Part shown: positions 40,631-53,223 of the stretch, in pieces
Position numbering within the stretch: position 1 is the first letter of the stretch
How the letters are laid out: each line of letters begins with the position of its first letter
From: Eledone cirrhosa
Lineage: Eukaryota
DNA length: 64,000 nucleotides
Assembly: GCA_964016885.1 (NCBI GenBank)
Contig: OZ024742.1
Span: 61,380,001-61,444,000, forward strand
Direction of reading: 5' to 3'
Notes under the pieces: model-generated
Database searches by the model: none
What the model was told of the DNA's origin: nothing
What the model saw: the letters and a program-made list of their open reading frames with translations, nothing else
Made by a program: the position numbers and the translations under genes

Positions 40631-40764
40631 TTAACCGTTGTCCTATTGAGCTAAAATTTTACAGACCCTGTGTTTTTCTTAGCAATTGGTAATTTTGCTG
40701 CTCCTGTTTCAATTAAGAAAAACACAGGGTGTGTAAAATTTTAGCTCAATAGGACAACGGTTAA
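40631..40764. mobile_element. 134-bp hairpin / MITE-like element bounded by TTAA
   Basis: TTAACCGTTGTCCTATTGAGCTAAAATTTTACA...TGTAAAATTTTAGCTCAATAGGACAACGGTTAA; ~50-bp arms. Confidence 0.7.
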
Positions 40765-40837
40765 GTAGAATTAGCAGCCATATTTCTCTATAACCTTAAA
40801 CAAGAATGGACAAAGTAGTGCTGGATAGGTATGTATG

Positions 40838-40890
<53 letters not shown>

Positions 40891-41366
40891 ATGAAATGTG
40901 AGAATCGAAACGGAAAAAAAAATTACTGTAACAAAAATCGTTCGCTATAGATAATAGCTTTAGAATATCGGGCAAAATACTACTAGGGTAGAAAGGAGTG
41001 CTTATATCTAAACATATCTAAAGGTATTTTGCCTGGTTTTCTACAGTTATTATTATTTAAGGCGTTTGATGTGTGTTACTGTCATTTTCTGCGGAGTTTG
41101 GATACCCACATTACAAATTTGAAGCCAGCCAAGCACTCCATTAAATTATATATATATATCCAAACTCCGCAGAATATATATATATATCCAAACGCCTTAA
41201 ATAATAATAACTGTAGAAAACCAGGCAAAATACCTTTAGATATGTTTAGATATAAGCACTCCTTTCTACCCTAGTAGTATTTTGCCCGATATTCTAAAGC
41301 TATTATCTATAGCGAACGATTTTTGTTACAGTAATTTTTTTTTCCGTTTCGATTCTCACATTTCAT

Positions 41367-41431
<65 letters not shown>

Positions 41432-41500
41432 CATACCTATCCAGCAGTACTTTGTCCATTCTTGTTTAAGGTTATAGAGAAATATGGCTGCTAATTCTAC
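40765..41500. repeat. Large inverted duplication (~300-bp arms including a TA tract)
   Basis: 40765-41068 is the near-exact reverse complement of 41187-41500; inner mini-arm TTCTGCGGAGTTTGGATA. Confidence 0.92.
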
Positions 41501-42228
41501 CAGCTCGTGCAAGAGATTTGAATGTCCGTCATTGGCAGTTTTTTCACTGAATGATGATAGAACATAAAGAAAAACTTTCTTTTATTCTTGTCGAAATCGT
41601 AATTGTGTCTCAGTAGTAAATTTGTGAGAGAATGTTGCTCCATATAATATGCATATGTGTTGTAGAGTGTATGTGTGTTTGTGTGAGTATTATGGACAGT
41701 ATGTTTATGAATGCTTAAAGGAGAAAGAGGGGAAGGTGGTACAAGAGAGATAAAGAAAGGAAAAGCGAGTGAATGTGCTGGAGTCATTGACAAAATGTAT
41801 AACTGTGCTTGTTATTAATATGACCATATATATGTATACATGTATTCATGTACGTATGTATGAGTGAATGTATGTATGCATGGATGAATATGTGCATGGA
41901 TGAATATGCATGCATGTATATACGTGTGTATGCATCTATGTATCTATGTATCTATGCATGTATATTTATGTATGCATGTATGTGTTTGTGTTTTGTATGA
42001 GGATTATGTATGTGAGTGTATGCAAGAAAAAAAATTAGAGTGTGCGCGAGAGTTATAGACAGAATTTATATAACTGTGCCGGTAATTATTATGGTCTTTA
42101 TATGCGTACGTGTAGGCAGGAGAGAAGGAAGAAAAAGCGCAAAAAATTGAACGTCGGGGTGCAAGGAATAGCATATATACAAATATATATGTATATACGT
42201 GCAAACTATTTATATATAAGCATCTGTG

Positions 42229-42259
<31 letters not shown>

Positions 42260-42699
42260 ACGCGCGCGTGTGTGTGCGCGTGTGTGCGTGTGTGTGTGTG
42301 TACGTGTGTTGTGTATGTACCTGTGTCTATGTGTGTATAAGCATCTTTTAGAACTACTAATGAAATTTAGTCGAGCAGCCAAGCCAAATGAAAGTTTTAC
42401 TTCTTTCTTTCTCAGACAGTTTTTCAACGTTCGTTTCGTAGTTAAAAACATTTCTGTGGTGCTACGAACTACATGGTAATGGTCACCAACTTACGTGACT
42501 TTAATTCTAATTGTCATCTGAAACAACAACAATGATATTTTCCAACATAGGCTTGGCTTTTTCACCTCTCATCCCATCTCATAAACCCTACACCCCGCTG
42601 CCCGTCAATGTAATATTTTCATTTTAGTTCTTCTCTTTCCATTGTCTTCATCTAAATTTGTTTTGTTCAATTTTTTTTGTCTTTTAACGTGGCTTACAC

Positions 42700-43651
42700 T
42701 GAAAACTTTTACCATTTTCTCATTTCTCTCTCTTCTATTTCTCTATCTGTCTATCCCCCGCCTCTCTCTCTCTCTTTCTCTCTCACACACACACATACAT
42801 ACATTCTCTCTCTCTATCTATCTATTTATCTATCTATATTTCTCTCTATATGTATGTTTCCCTCTTGCTTTTCTGTCCCTCTCATCAACTCAGTGACTCT
42901 CTCACTCTCTCTCCTTCACTTTCTCCCTCTCCACCTTACACTCTCCCTCTCCATCTCACCCATTCACTCTCTCCTTCTCTCTCTCCATAACCACTTCTCT
43001 CACCCTATACTCCATCTCCCTACCTATCATATATTCCCTCTCCTTCTCTCTCTCTCTCTCTCTCTCTCACTCTTCTCGATCTCTCCCTCTCTCTCTTTCT
43101 CTTTCTCTCTACATCCCACCTATTCTCATTTTCCCATGCTCTCGCTCTCTCTACCTCTCTGCACATTTTCTCTGTCTCTCTCTCTCTACCTCTTGCTCTC
43201 TCACTACCTCCCTCCCTCTCACTCTTTCACATTCTTTATCTCTCACTCATACCCTGTCTCCCTATTTTTCTCTCTCTACCTCGACACACTCTCTCTAGCA
43301 TCCACGCTCTCCCATTCACTCCCTCCCACTCACTCTCTCCTTTTCACTCTCACTCGATATCCTAGTCTACCTCTGAGACTCTCACCCACTATCTCTCACA
43401 CACTCCTACTCTCTCTGTCTCTGTCTCTGTCTCTGTCTCTCTCTCTTTCTCTCTCTCCTTCTCTGCCTCTAACCCACACACTCTCCCTCTCTGTCTCTAA
43501 CCCACTAACTCTCCCTTTCTCTCCACTCGTTCACACTTTCACTATCTCCCTCCCGCACTCTCTACTTCTCTACCTCACACACACACACTCTCTCCATATC
43601 TCTTTCCCTCTCTCCCTCTCCCTCTCTCTTTTTCTCTCTATCCCACTCACC

Positions 43652-43699
<48 letters not shown>

Positions 43700-43730
43700 A
43701 TCACTTACTTTTCTCATACTTATTATTAAT
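42700..43730. repeat. ~1-kb degenerate (CT)n polypyrimidine tract
   Basis: Seen directly. Confidence 0.93.
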
Positions 43731-44338
43731 CAAATTGATTCCTAATTATTGAATTTAATTTTGTTTTCGCGGAAAGATTCTTTCAAGGTGAGTAATATAG
43801 TTAATATACATATATGTGTGGATGTGTGTGCCTGTATGTATCTGAGCGTCTGTGTGTGTCTGTACGTGTGTGTGTGTGTGTGTGTGATAAGTATTTGGAG
43901 AAACATTTTCATAAATTTGAATATCCTAACGTGTTTGATTCAATCACCGATGTAGTGGTGTCTTGTGGGTGTTTTTCTATACTTAATAAAGCCCTGGGTT
44001 GACAGTCATTACAGTGTCAAATAAACTGTATGCCTTTCATATTTTCGTGGGTTCATAAACAAATTTGTAGTCACTTCTTATGTTTCATTCTCCTCACTCT
44101 CTTTCTCCCTCTTTCCCCTTCTTTCTTTCTCTCTTTCTTTCTCTCTTTTTTCTTTCTTTCTTTCACTTTCTCTCCCTCAGTTCTATTCTCTCTCTCATTG
44201 GCAGAAATCGACTATAAGCAAACCAGGTTTAAAATAGCCAATAGCCAAGACACCAAATAGTATGACGACATTCAATTGGTTTAAGTTCTACACATATGTA
44301 TATATATATATAATAATTGCTTAAACTTTAATCTGTTA

Positions 44339-44344
<6 letters not shown>

Positions 44345-44380
<36 letters not shown>

Positions 44381-44410
44381 CATACAAATACACACATACA
44401 CGCACACATT

Positions 44411-44470
<60 letters not shown>

Positions 44471-44615
44471 CATACATACAAATACACACATACACGCGCA
44501 CACATCTCGCTCTTTCTCTCTCTCTCTCTTTCCCTCTCTCTATATATATATATACATACATACAAATACACACATACACGCACACATTTCGCTCTTTCTC
44601 CCTCTCTCTCTCTCC

Positions 44616-44664
<49 letters not shown>

Positions 44665-44799
44665 CATACAAATACACACATACACGCACACATTTCGCTC
44701 TTTCTCCCTCTCCCTCCCTCTCTCTCTCTCTACATATATATATATATATATACATACATACAAATACACGCATACACGCACACATTTCGCTCTTTCTCC

Positions 44800-44836
<37 letters not shown>

Positions 44837-44868
44837 CATACATACAAATACACACATACACGCACACA

Positions 44869-44936
<68 letters not shown>

Positions 44937-45009
44937 TCTCTCTCTCTCTATATATATATATACATACATACAAATACACACATACACGCACACATTTCGC
45001 TCTTTCTCC

Positions 45010-45045
<36 letters not shown>

Positions 45046-45046
45046 C
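44345..45046. repeat. Compound minisatellite: (TA)n-CATACATACAAATACACACATACACGCACACATTTCGC-(CT)n, ~7 copies
   Basis: Conserved ~40-bp core with variable microsatellite flanks. Confidence 0.92.
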
Positions 45047-45049
45047 TGT

Positions 45050-46402
45050 GCAGAAGTTATATTTAATTTTCAACAAGCTTAAAAGTTTTATAACTGATAT
45101 AAAGCACTCAACAAGGCTTGGAGTAAGTATCCAATATATTAATAAATGCAAACTATATTTATAAAACCATAATTATTTCATTATATATATTTCAAGGGCA
45201 ACCAAGGCAGTTTTGGTGCGCTTTCATCAGATGAATTACAAAATTTGTTTTATAAATGTTGACATACCCTTGGAAAATCAACCTTGACGGTTGAAGGTTC
45301 GCTGGATAGGGGAAAAAATGTTTTATTGAGGGCAATTCAAAGTTCTGTGTGAGTATACAAATGAATGTCCTAGCAGTAATTTTAGATTCAGGGGATCGAG
45401 AAAATGTTGCTACAAAGAGGGTTTCAGAGCCATTGGAATATCCATTCTATCTTCAGCAGAAGCTTCCTGATTCAGAGCAATGTAAAGCATTTAGTTTGGC
45501 ACCTGAATGTTTCCATTTGTCCGATTATCTTCATAGAAGTCCTCCAGGACTTGCTGATGTGGGTGTTACTATGTGGTTGCTTGGTCTGCATTATATAGTT
45601 GTCAGAGGTTGCTGGAATCTTGTCTAGGATGTTGATTTTAAAGTGTGCCAGCTTTGGTTAAGTCCGAAGTGAAAGCATTTAGAAGGGGGTTCGTATTTGG
45701 CTATAAATTGTGATTCCTTGTTAATGTGTTGTATGTAGGAAGCGTTGTCTTTGTAGCGTTGAATTTATAGATGGGAAAAATTCTAAAATTGGCTTGTTCA
45801 TTAGATGCGCAGGTCCCGATGTGTTCACTTAGTGCTATCTTTCTGTATTCCCCTATTTTAATTTGGGATCTATGAACGGTCATACGTTGTCGGAAGCTGT
45901 TTTTGGTATGTCCTATGTAGTGCTCTCGACAACCTGATCAGGTCAACACATAGATCGGGTTTTCTGAGGCACATGTGAAATGGCACTTAACTGTAAAGTG
46001 TTGTCCTTGTTTGAAGTGGAACTCCGATCCCTCTATTAGATTGGTACATATACTACAGTTGGGTCTTCCGCATTTGTTTACTGTAGGGTTCATTGTGGGC
46101 ATCGGCTGGACTTTGGCCTGTTGAAGGATGTTTTTTTATTGATTTAGGTTGTCTTTTGCTCTTTATGATATTGTGCGTTTGGAGGATTTAGTTCATTCTT
46201 AGGTCTCTTTTTAGTAAAGGTATGTTCTGGAGGATGGTGTCGAATGCCTAATTATTAAGGGAGTTGTGTGTGGAGATGTATCGTAGAGTTTTCAGTTTGG
46301 ATTCATTCCTTGGTTTGGGGTGTCTAAGTTCCTGGATCTTGAGTTTTAGGGCACGTTGGAATCCATTGTTGATTAGGGATAGTGGGTAATTCCTGTTAAT
46401 AA
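45050..46402 (-). mobile_element. PLE 3' fragment (linker, GIY-YIG, HHR tail); coding part homologous to 54350-54995
   Basis: LINRNYPLSLINNG..YISTHN, CGRPNCSIC, HYIGHTKNSFRQRMTVHRSQI..LSEHIGTC. Confidence 0.88.
45177..45235 (-). ncRNA. Type I hammerhead ribozyme
   Basis: Minus strand: TTCAT-CTGATGA-AAG cgcACCAA aactgcc TTGGT tgcc CTT-GAAA-TATATA-TA|ATGAA. Confidence 0.85.
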
Positions 46403-46449
46403 GTGAGGGAGAGATGTGTGCGTGTATATGTGTGTGAATGTAGTCTATG

Positions 46450-46488
<39 letters not shown>

Positions 46489-46581
46489 AGAACTTAAACC
46501 AATTGAATGTCGTCATGCAATTTGGTGTGTCTTTGTTATTTCAATACATATCTGTATACAGCTATGCACAAAGCTAATTTA

Positions 46582-46638
<57 letters not shown>

Positions 46639-46646
46639 CAGATTAA

Positions 46647-46697
46647 AGTTTAAGCAAAGAATCGCTGCTTTCACCCTTAACAGGATCTTCTGAAACT
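46647..46697 (-). ncRNA. Hammerhead-like motif, CAGAAGA family
   Basis: Minus strand: AGTTT-CAGAAGA-TCCT gttaa GGGT-GAAA-GCA gcgattctt TGC-TT|AAACT. Confidence 0.58.
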
Positions 46698-46811
46698 GAT
46701 ATTTGCTCTACAGTTGTTATATATTTGATATATATTTATCCTTATCGAGCAATCCTTGGATTTTAGTCTTCAAATTTATTATTATTACTATATATATATA
46801 TATATATATAT

Positions 46812-47926
46812 AACGGAGGAAATGTGGTAAGGAACCAGATGGACCATAATGCACCAAAGTACTCAATGCTTAGGGTAGTAGAGTGGGTAATAGGAACGAG
46901 TAGGACCCCGACGGCTGAGCTCAAGCCGTTTCGACGGCTAATTCTGGACTAAATGAAAATGTTTATCCTGGTATTTGAATAGCCGAGCTTCTCAAGGGGT
47001 AATTCCATATATGGTAAAAGTGATTGTCACAAGGATTGGTCAAAAGTTTGTTGTTGAGACATAATAATTCTATGATGGCAATTTGTGGAGGGAAGGGGTA
47101 GCTGAACCTGCCAGTAGGAGAAAGAGGGAGAGGGGGTGGAGGAGACCCATTCATGCGTTGATAGTGCCGACTACAGCTGGGCATGAGGTCAAAGAAGATA
47201 CTAGGGAGGGGGAGGGGGAGGAAGTCGAAACAATAAGTAGAACAATATGGGGTAAATATATAGAAAAATATATAGAAAAATACTGAGAGTGTTAAAAAGC
47301 AATTAAATGTAAAAAAATAAACAATTTCTGGTTACTACGACCTAAGTCTCTCACTGGTACTGCTAGGCTAAAGAAAGGTATACTAGGTGGGACGGAATTA
47401 TAATGAGACCCTTTTAAGAGGTATAAGTAATAAACCGAGTATATCTTACGGGGACCGGTCAACAAGTGAGGGGCCAAAATACTAAAGAAACTACCACGAA
47501 ATAATAAATTACGTATACCTCTTAAAAGGGTCTCATTATAATTCCGTCCTCCCTAGTATACCTTTCTTTAGCCTAGCAGTACCAGTGAGAGACTTAGGTC
47601 GTAGTAACCAGAAATTGTTTTGTTTTTTTACATTTAATTGTTTTTTAACACTCTCGGTATTTTTCTATATATTTTTCTATATATTTACCCCATATTGTTC
47701 TACTTATTGTTTCGACTTCCTCCCCCTCCCCTCACTAGTATCTTCTTTGACCTCATGTCCAGCTGTAGTCGGCACTATCAACGCATGAATGGGTCTCCTC
47801 CACCCCCTCTCCCTGTCTCTTCTGCTGGCAGGTTCAGCTACCCCTTCCGTCCACAATTTGCCATCATAGAATTATTGTCTCAACAACAAACTTTTGACCA
47901 ATCCTTGTGACAATCACTTTTACCAT
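46812..47926. mobile_element. Non-coding PLE-tail-like element with an internal ~415-bp inverted duplication
   Basis: 47010-47425 is inverted at 47515-47926. The terminus TAACGRAGGAAATGTGGTAAGG recurs at 52423, 56610 and 24358-24380 (rc). Degenerate HHR at 46918-47000(-). Confidence 0.75.
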
Positions 47927-47989
47927 ACAATTGTAACTGTATTCAACTGTAGGAAAAAAGTTGTTAAACTTGGTCTTTTGTCATATTGA

Positions 47990-48106
<117 letters not shown>

Positions 48107-48142
48107 ATAAATATATATATATATATGTGTGTGTATGTATAT

Positions 48143-48279
<137 letters not shown>

Positions 48280-48305
48280 TGTATGTATGTATGTATGTAT
48301 GTATG

Positions 48306-48344
<39 letters not shown>

Positions 48345-48466
48345 AAGTTGGAATAGAATGAAACGAAATTTCATTTCTCACTCTTAGTACGGCACTTACT
48401 TAAATGTAAGTATGTATGTATACCTACATACATATATGTATACAGACGTACAGTAGCATGCATATA

Positions 48467-48497
<31 letters not shown>

Positions 48498-48499
<2 letters not shown>

Positions 48500-51400
48500 C
48501 TAGGGCGGGTAAAATTTCCGAGATCCATGGACGAGTTCTCTCTAGCGGTCTCTGTCCCTCATTATGGCTGCCATGTCCTGCGTTTCCAACAGACCAGTGT
48601 CTGTCCTTAGGGCATCAACATACGTTAACCTTGGTCTTCCACTTCCAGTGAGTCCATGTAGGGACTCCCATAGGAGCACTGAGTGCAATGCCAACTCTGG
48701 ATGCCGGTGAGCATCTCCAGCTAACCTCAGTCTCCTCTGTGTCACTTTTGAGCTGACTTTTGGGAGGCTCCCATACAGCTCTGAGTTTTTCATCCTCAGT
48801 GTATACTGATTAATGTTCAGAGCCATCCTCAGCATTTTCGTGTAGCACCCATCCACCATCTGAGTGAGTTTCTTGGTCAGTGTCCAAGTTTCAGACCCGT
48901 ACAGCAGCACAGACTCTACTACAGCAATGAAGAGGCGGATTTTCAGGTCTTCACGAAGGTCCGACTTCCACACCGATCTCAAGCTGTGGCACGCCGCCCA
49001 GGCTTTGCTCTTCCTCTCAACCACATCATCTTCCGTATTCCCAATCTTTGCTCCCAAATACAGGAAGCCCTCAACCAATTCTAGCGGCTTCCCGCCTACA
49101 TTAGTGATCCCCTCTGGCTTCTCAACATTCTCTAACAGATATTTTGTTTTAGTCTTATTCATTCTCAGCCCCGCACTCTTCGACACAGTCTTAACCTCCC
49201 GCTTCAAATCCTCTGCCTCCTTCACTGTATTTGTCACCAAAACTATCTCGTCGAAAAATTCAGCATCTGATATCTTTTTCGCCCTAACTCTCCTGCTCTG
49301 AGCCGGTGCTACAGTAAAGCCAGAGTCCTGGTGTTTCTCCAGTGCAAGGCGTATTCAATAGTCCACTACGATGATAAAAAGTAGGGAGCCAATGTATCTC
49401 CCTGGAGCACCCCAGCCAGTATCTCAAAGAACTCTGCCATCCCATTTGGTGTTGGTGTAGAGCAGTGATATCAGGTCCACTATCTTCATGGGGATTCCAT
49501 AAGCCTGTAAGATCTTCATCAGGCAGTGATGGTCCACAGAATCAAAGGCCTTCCTAAAGTCAATGAAAACTATGACCGCAGGAAGGCACTTTGCTCTAGC
49601 TCCCTCTAATATCCTCCTCAGCATCAGGATGTGACTGGTGGTTGATCTTCGCTCTCTGAAGCCGTTCTGGTTGTCCCTGAGCTTCTTCTACATCTCAGGC
49701 TGGATCCTGTTAAGAATCATCCTGTTGAGGGTCTTTACCACAAGTGACGTCAGTGAGATCCCCCTGTAGTTGTTGGTGTTAGAGAGATCTCCATTCTTTG
49801 GCACTGGGACGATGTTACTGATCCTCCACTGATTCGGGGCAACTCCTTTCTCCAGTGCCCGGTTACAGAACCCCAGGATCATATCATCAAAATCACACCT
49901 CTTCATCACCTCTGATGCCACTCCATCTTCTCCATGAATCTTGCCCTCCTCGATCCTCTTCTTGGCTCTCTGAAGCTCCTCTCTGGTGAAGGACTCTGTC
50001 TCAATATCCAGTTCCTCAAACAGCCGCCTGATCTCCACAGTGCTCTGGGCTGTGGAGGATGGCTCTCCTAATAGGGTCCTAAAATGGTCTAGCCATTTCC
50101 TCTTCCTATCCTCGGACCCCGTTCCCTGGATCTGACTCGAACACCTTCTCTTCCTCCCTGTGATCTCGTTGATGATCATCCAGCTCTCCTTACATCCAGA
50201 TCTGTCAAACGCTCTCTCCACACTTCTGATCTTCTCTATCAGTGCCTCCTATCTGGCCTCAGTGTAAGCGGTACAGAGTTCTTCCCTCATCACCTCCACA
50301 GTCTCCATCCTCTCCTCCGTAGGATCAGCATAGAATTGGTCCTTGGCAGCTTTCATGTGTTCTCTGGCTGCACACACTTTTGGGTTTCCAGAGCTGACGT
50401 GCTTCCTTTTGGGTTTTTTTCCTCGGCACCAGGGTTTCACTTGCTTACGCCACTGCATTGGTGAATTGCCCGTACCACCTCGTCACACTCTACTCAGTTC
50501 ATCCAATCTCTCTCTCTTCTGTCTCTCCACACAGAGCACTGAACCTGTTCCTCACTTCCACTGTGAACCTCTCCTGTAGCTTATCATCTTCCTTGAAAGT
50601 TCCCCAGTCATAGATTGCTCTCCGGGTCTGAGCCTTGCTCTTTCTTAAGCTCACCCGGACCTCACTGATAACAAGCCGGTGGTCACTACCCAGTGTACTG
50701 AAATAGTTGTATGGTTCTGTGTTCAGAACACTATTCCGCCACTTTTTCCTCACCAGAATGAAATCAATCTGGGACTTGGACAGGTGCATATCTGAGATGT
50801 AGGTCCACATCTTCCCCGGATTCTTCCTAAACCTTGGGTTGGTCGCTATCAAGTTCGCCTCCAGCAGGGTGTCTCTCAGTAGTCTTCCATTTCGGTTGGT
50901 GTTGTTATGGAAGTACCAGCAAGGATCTTCACTGCCCTCCTTACTCAGATGTGCATTGAAGTCCCCCAAAACAAGCAGGATATTGTGTGCTTGAGTGGTG
51001 TTGACAGCTCTACACACCTCCTCATGGAACTCTTCCGCACTCACATCACTGTGCCCCTCGGTTGGACTATAGGCTGAGATGACTGTCAGCCTTGGCTTTC
51101 CATTGAAGGTCACCCTCAACACTCCTGGGGTGACAGGAATTATTTCCCTCACCAATAGACTGTTTTTTGTGCTGAAAACAAAACCCACTCCTCCCACTGC
51201 AGCATTGGTCATGTTCTTCACTGCCGATGTAGTGATGAGCTGGCTCCTCTTCCCGATCATCACATTTCTCACGGGCTCATCGTGTAGGATCCTGTGTTCT
51301 TGGATCGCAAGTATCTGTATACCACTCTCCTCGAACAGATGTCTCAACTCCTCTCTCTTCTCCAGCGTCCGAATAGTCCTCACATTCAAAGTGCCCATTT

Positions 51401-51783
51401 TGATGGCTCTTCTGCAGGACAAAGGTGCATTCTTTATATTTGTCTCAGAGACAGCCGATCCATCATCCACTGGCCCTCTCTGTGGCTCTAAGCCAGCAGA
51501 ATCATAACGACCAGACTGCTCCTTGACAGTGTAATTAGGGGCTCTAACCCTAGTGCTGTTAGATCGACTCTCCATATTTCTTTTCAATGGCTGACAATAC
51601 CTTACCGGCGCCACTCGAATAAGGTAGTTATTTAACCCATAAATGGAGCCCTAACAGGTACTACTACTCCGGGCCAGAGCAGACATGGGAGTTATGACAA
51701 CTAAGGGGTAACACCACCATCCCCACAGCTCCTGAACTCCCGAACTGGAGCCTTGCCACTGGATGTAGTTTAATGTCATACCC

Positions 51784-51790
<7 letters not shown>
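48498..51790 (-). mobile_element. Near full-length RTE-clade LINE inserted in (TA)n; single APE-RT ORF broken by stops and frameshifts
   Basis: MGTLNVRT, IQEHR, GGVGF, GDFNA, SQIDFI, SDHRLV; NYRGISL, FIDFRKAFDSV, LLYGSETWTLT, RRLRLAG, GRPRLTYVD. Confidence 0.95.
50499..51614 (-). pseudogene. RTE apurinic endonuclease domain (open 371-aa segment)
   Basis: All APE motifs present in one frame. Confidence 0.9.
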
Positions 51791-51839
<49 letters not shown>

Positions 51840-51841
51840 CG

Positions 51842-52050
51842 TACTGTTCAATTCGTTTGTAAACAAACGGCCCGATTTGAAACTGTGCCGTGCCGGCGAC
51901 CGATCGCCACCTGTTTGTCCAACACTGACTTTGAGAAACAATCATGTTTCTGTTCTGGGTTATTACCCTTCATCAGGACTATATAGGTCTGGTATACGGC
52001 ATGACACAGCTTCAAATCGGGCCGTTTGTTTACAAACGAATGGAACAGTA
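51842..52050. mobile_element. 209-bp fold-back / MITE-like element, ~54-bp inverted arms, TA ends
   Basis: TACTGTTCAATTCGTTTGTAAACAAACGGCCCGATTTGAA... / ...TTCAAATCGGGCCGTTTGTTTACAAACGAATGGAACAGTA. Confidence 0.8.
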
Positions 52051-52103
52051 TTATTTGTGTTAGATATAGGCCATACGTACACATGTATATGTATATGTGT
52101 GCG

Positions 52104-52137
<34 letters not shown>

Positions 52138-52271
52138 CCATAAAGTGTGACGAACACAGATATATACATATATGCGTTCAAATGACGAGGAACAAAAACC
52201 GCCAGGGTGAAGCGAATACTGACTAAAGATAATAAGGTTCACAAGACTCAATTAAAAGGATATATGTATAT

Positions 52272-52293
52272 ATGTGTGTATGTTCATTATATT

Positions 52294-52332
<39 letters not shown>

Positions 52333-52543
52333 CTGTGTACGTGTGCATACTTAAATTTATGTATCAGTTGTGCTAGGGTGAGAAACAAAATTCTAATTTA
52401 TATATATATATATATATATACATAACGAAGGAAATGTGGTAAGGAACCAGGTGGACCAAAACGCACCAAAGTACTCAATACTTAGGGTAGTAGAGTGGGT
52501 AATAGGAACAAATAAGACCCCGACGGCTGGGGTCTTATTTGTT

Positions 52544-52634
<91 letters not shown>

Positions 52635-52704
52635 TAGAATTTTCTTTCTCACCCTAGCACAACTGATACATAAATTTAAGTATGCACACGTACACAGACA
52701 CACT

Positions 52705-52736
<32 letters not shown>

Positions 52737-52757
52737 AATATAATGTACATATACACA
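52272..52757. repeat. Inverted duplication of flanking DNA around a self-folding tail fragment
   Basis: 52272-52420 is inverted at 52615-52757. The insert 52423-52548 ends in ATAGGAACAAATAAGACCCC gacggct GGGGTCTTATTTGTTCCTAT. Confidence 0.9.
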
Positions 52758-53167
52758 AAATTATTTGGAATAGATAAGGTTTCTTTCTACCCTTTCAAAA
52801 TCTTTTGATTAATTTGAAGAAACCAAACAAATGCAACTTTGTTACTTTTATTATTCCTGCTGTTGATGTTATTTTTGTTTTTTAACTTCTTGTAAGTCTT
52901 AGTATCTAGGACTACGTTTTCCAAAATATAAGATTGTAAGATGTGAATTAATGAGTATTTTGCTGCTATTTCTAAGAGATGCTACAACCATTGTCCATTA
53001 TACCGTTAAGTACCAGTTAAGTATTGCAGATGGCTACACAATCGGTGCCTTTTTCACCAAAAGGAATGGTTTTCTACTTCTGTTACAAATTAATATAACT
53101 TTTGAAGAGCACATGTGCAATGATGCTGCTATCCAATATATAACTGCTATATACTCGTTTCAAACCT

Positions 53168-53223
<56 letters not shown>

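Noticed and set aside
42677-43729. 350-aa Leu/Ser-rich ORF
   Set aside because: It results from a CT-rich tract that cannot easily encode stops; no domain signal.
44345-45046. Conserved core with variable spacers, CRISPR-like in outline
   Set aside because: The spacers are simply variable-length (CT)n/(TA)n.
48864-51507. Plus-strand ORFs overlapping the RTE element
   Set aside because: They are antisense shadows of the LINE ORF.
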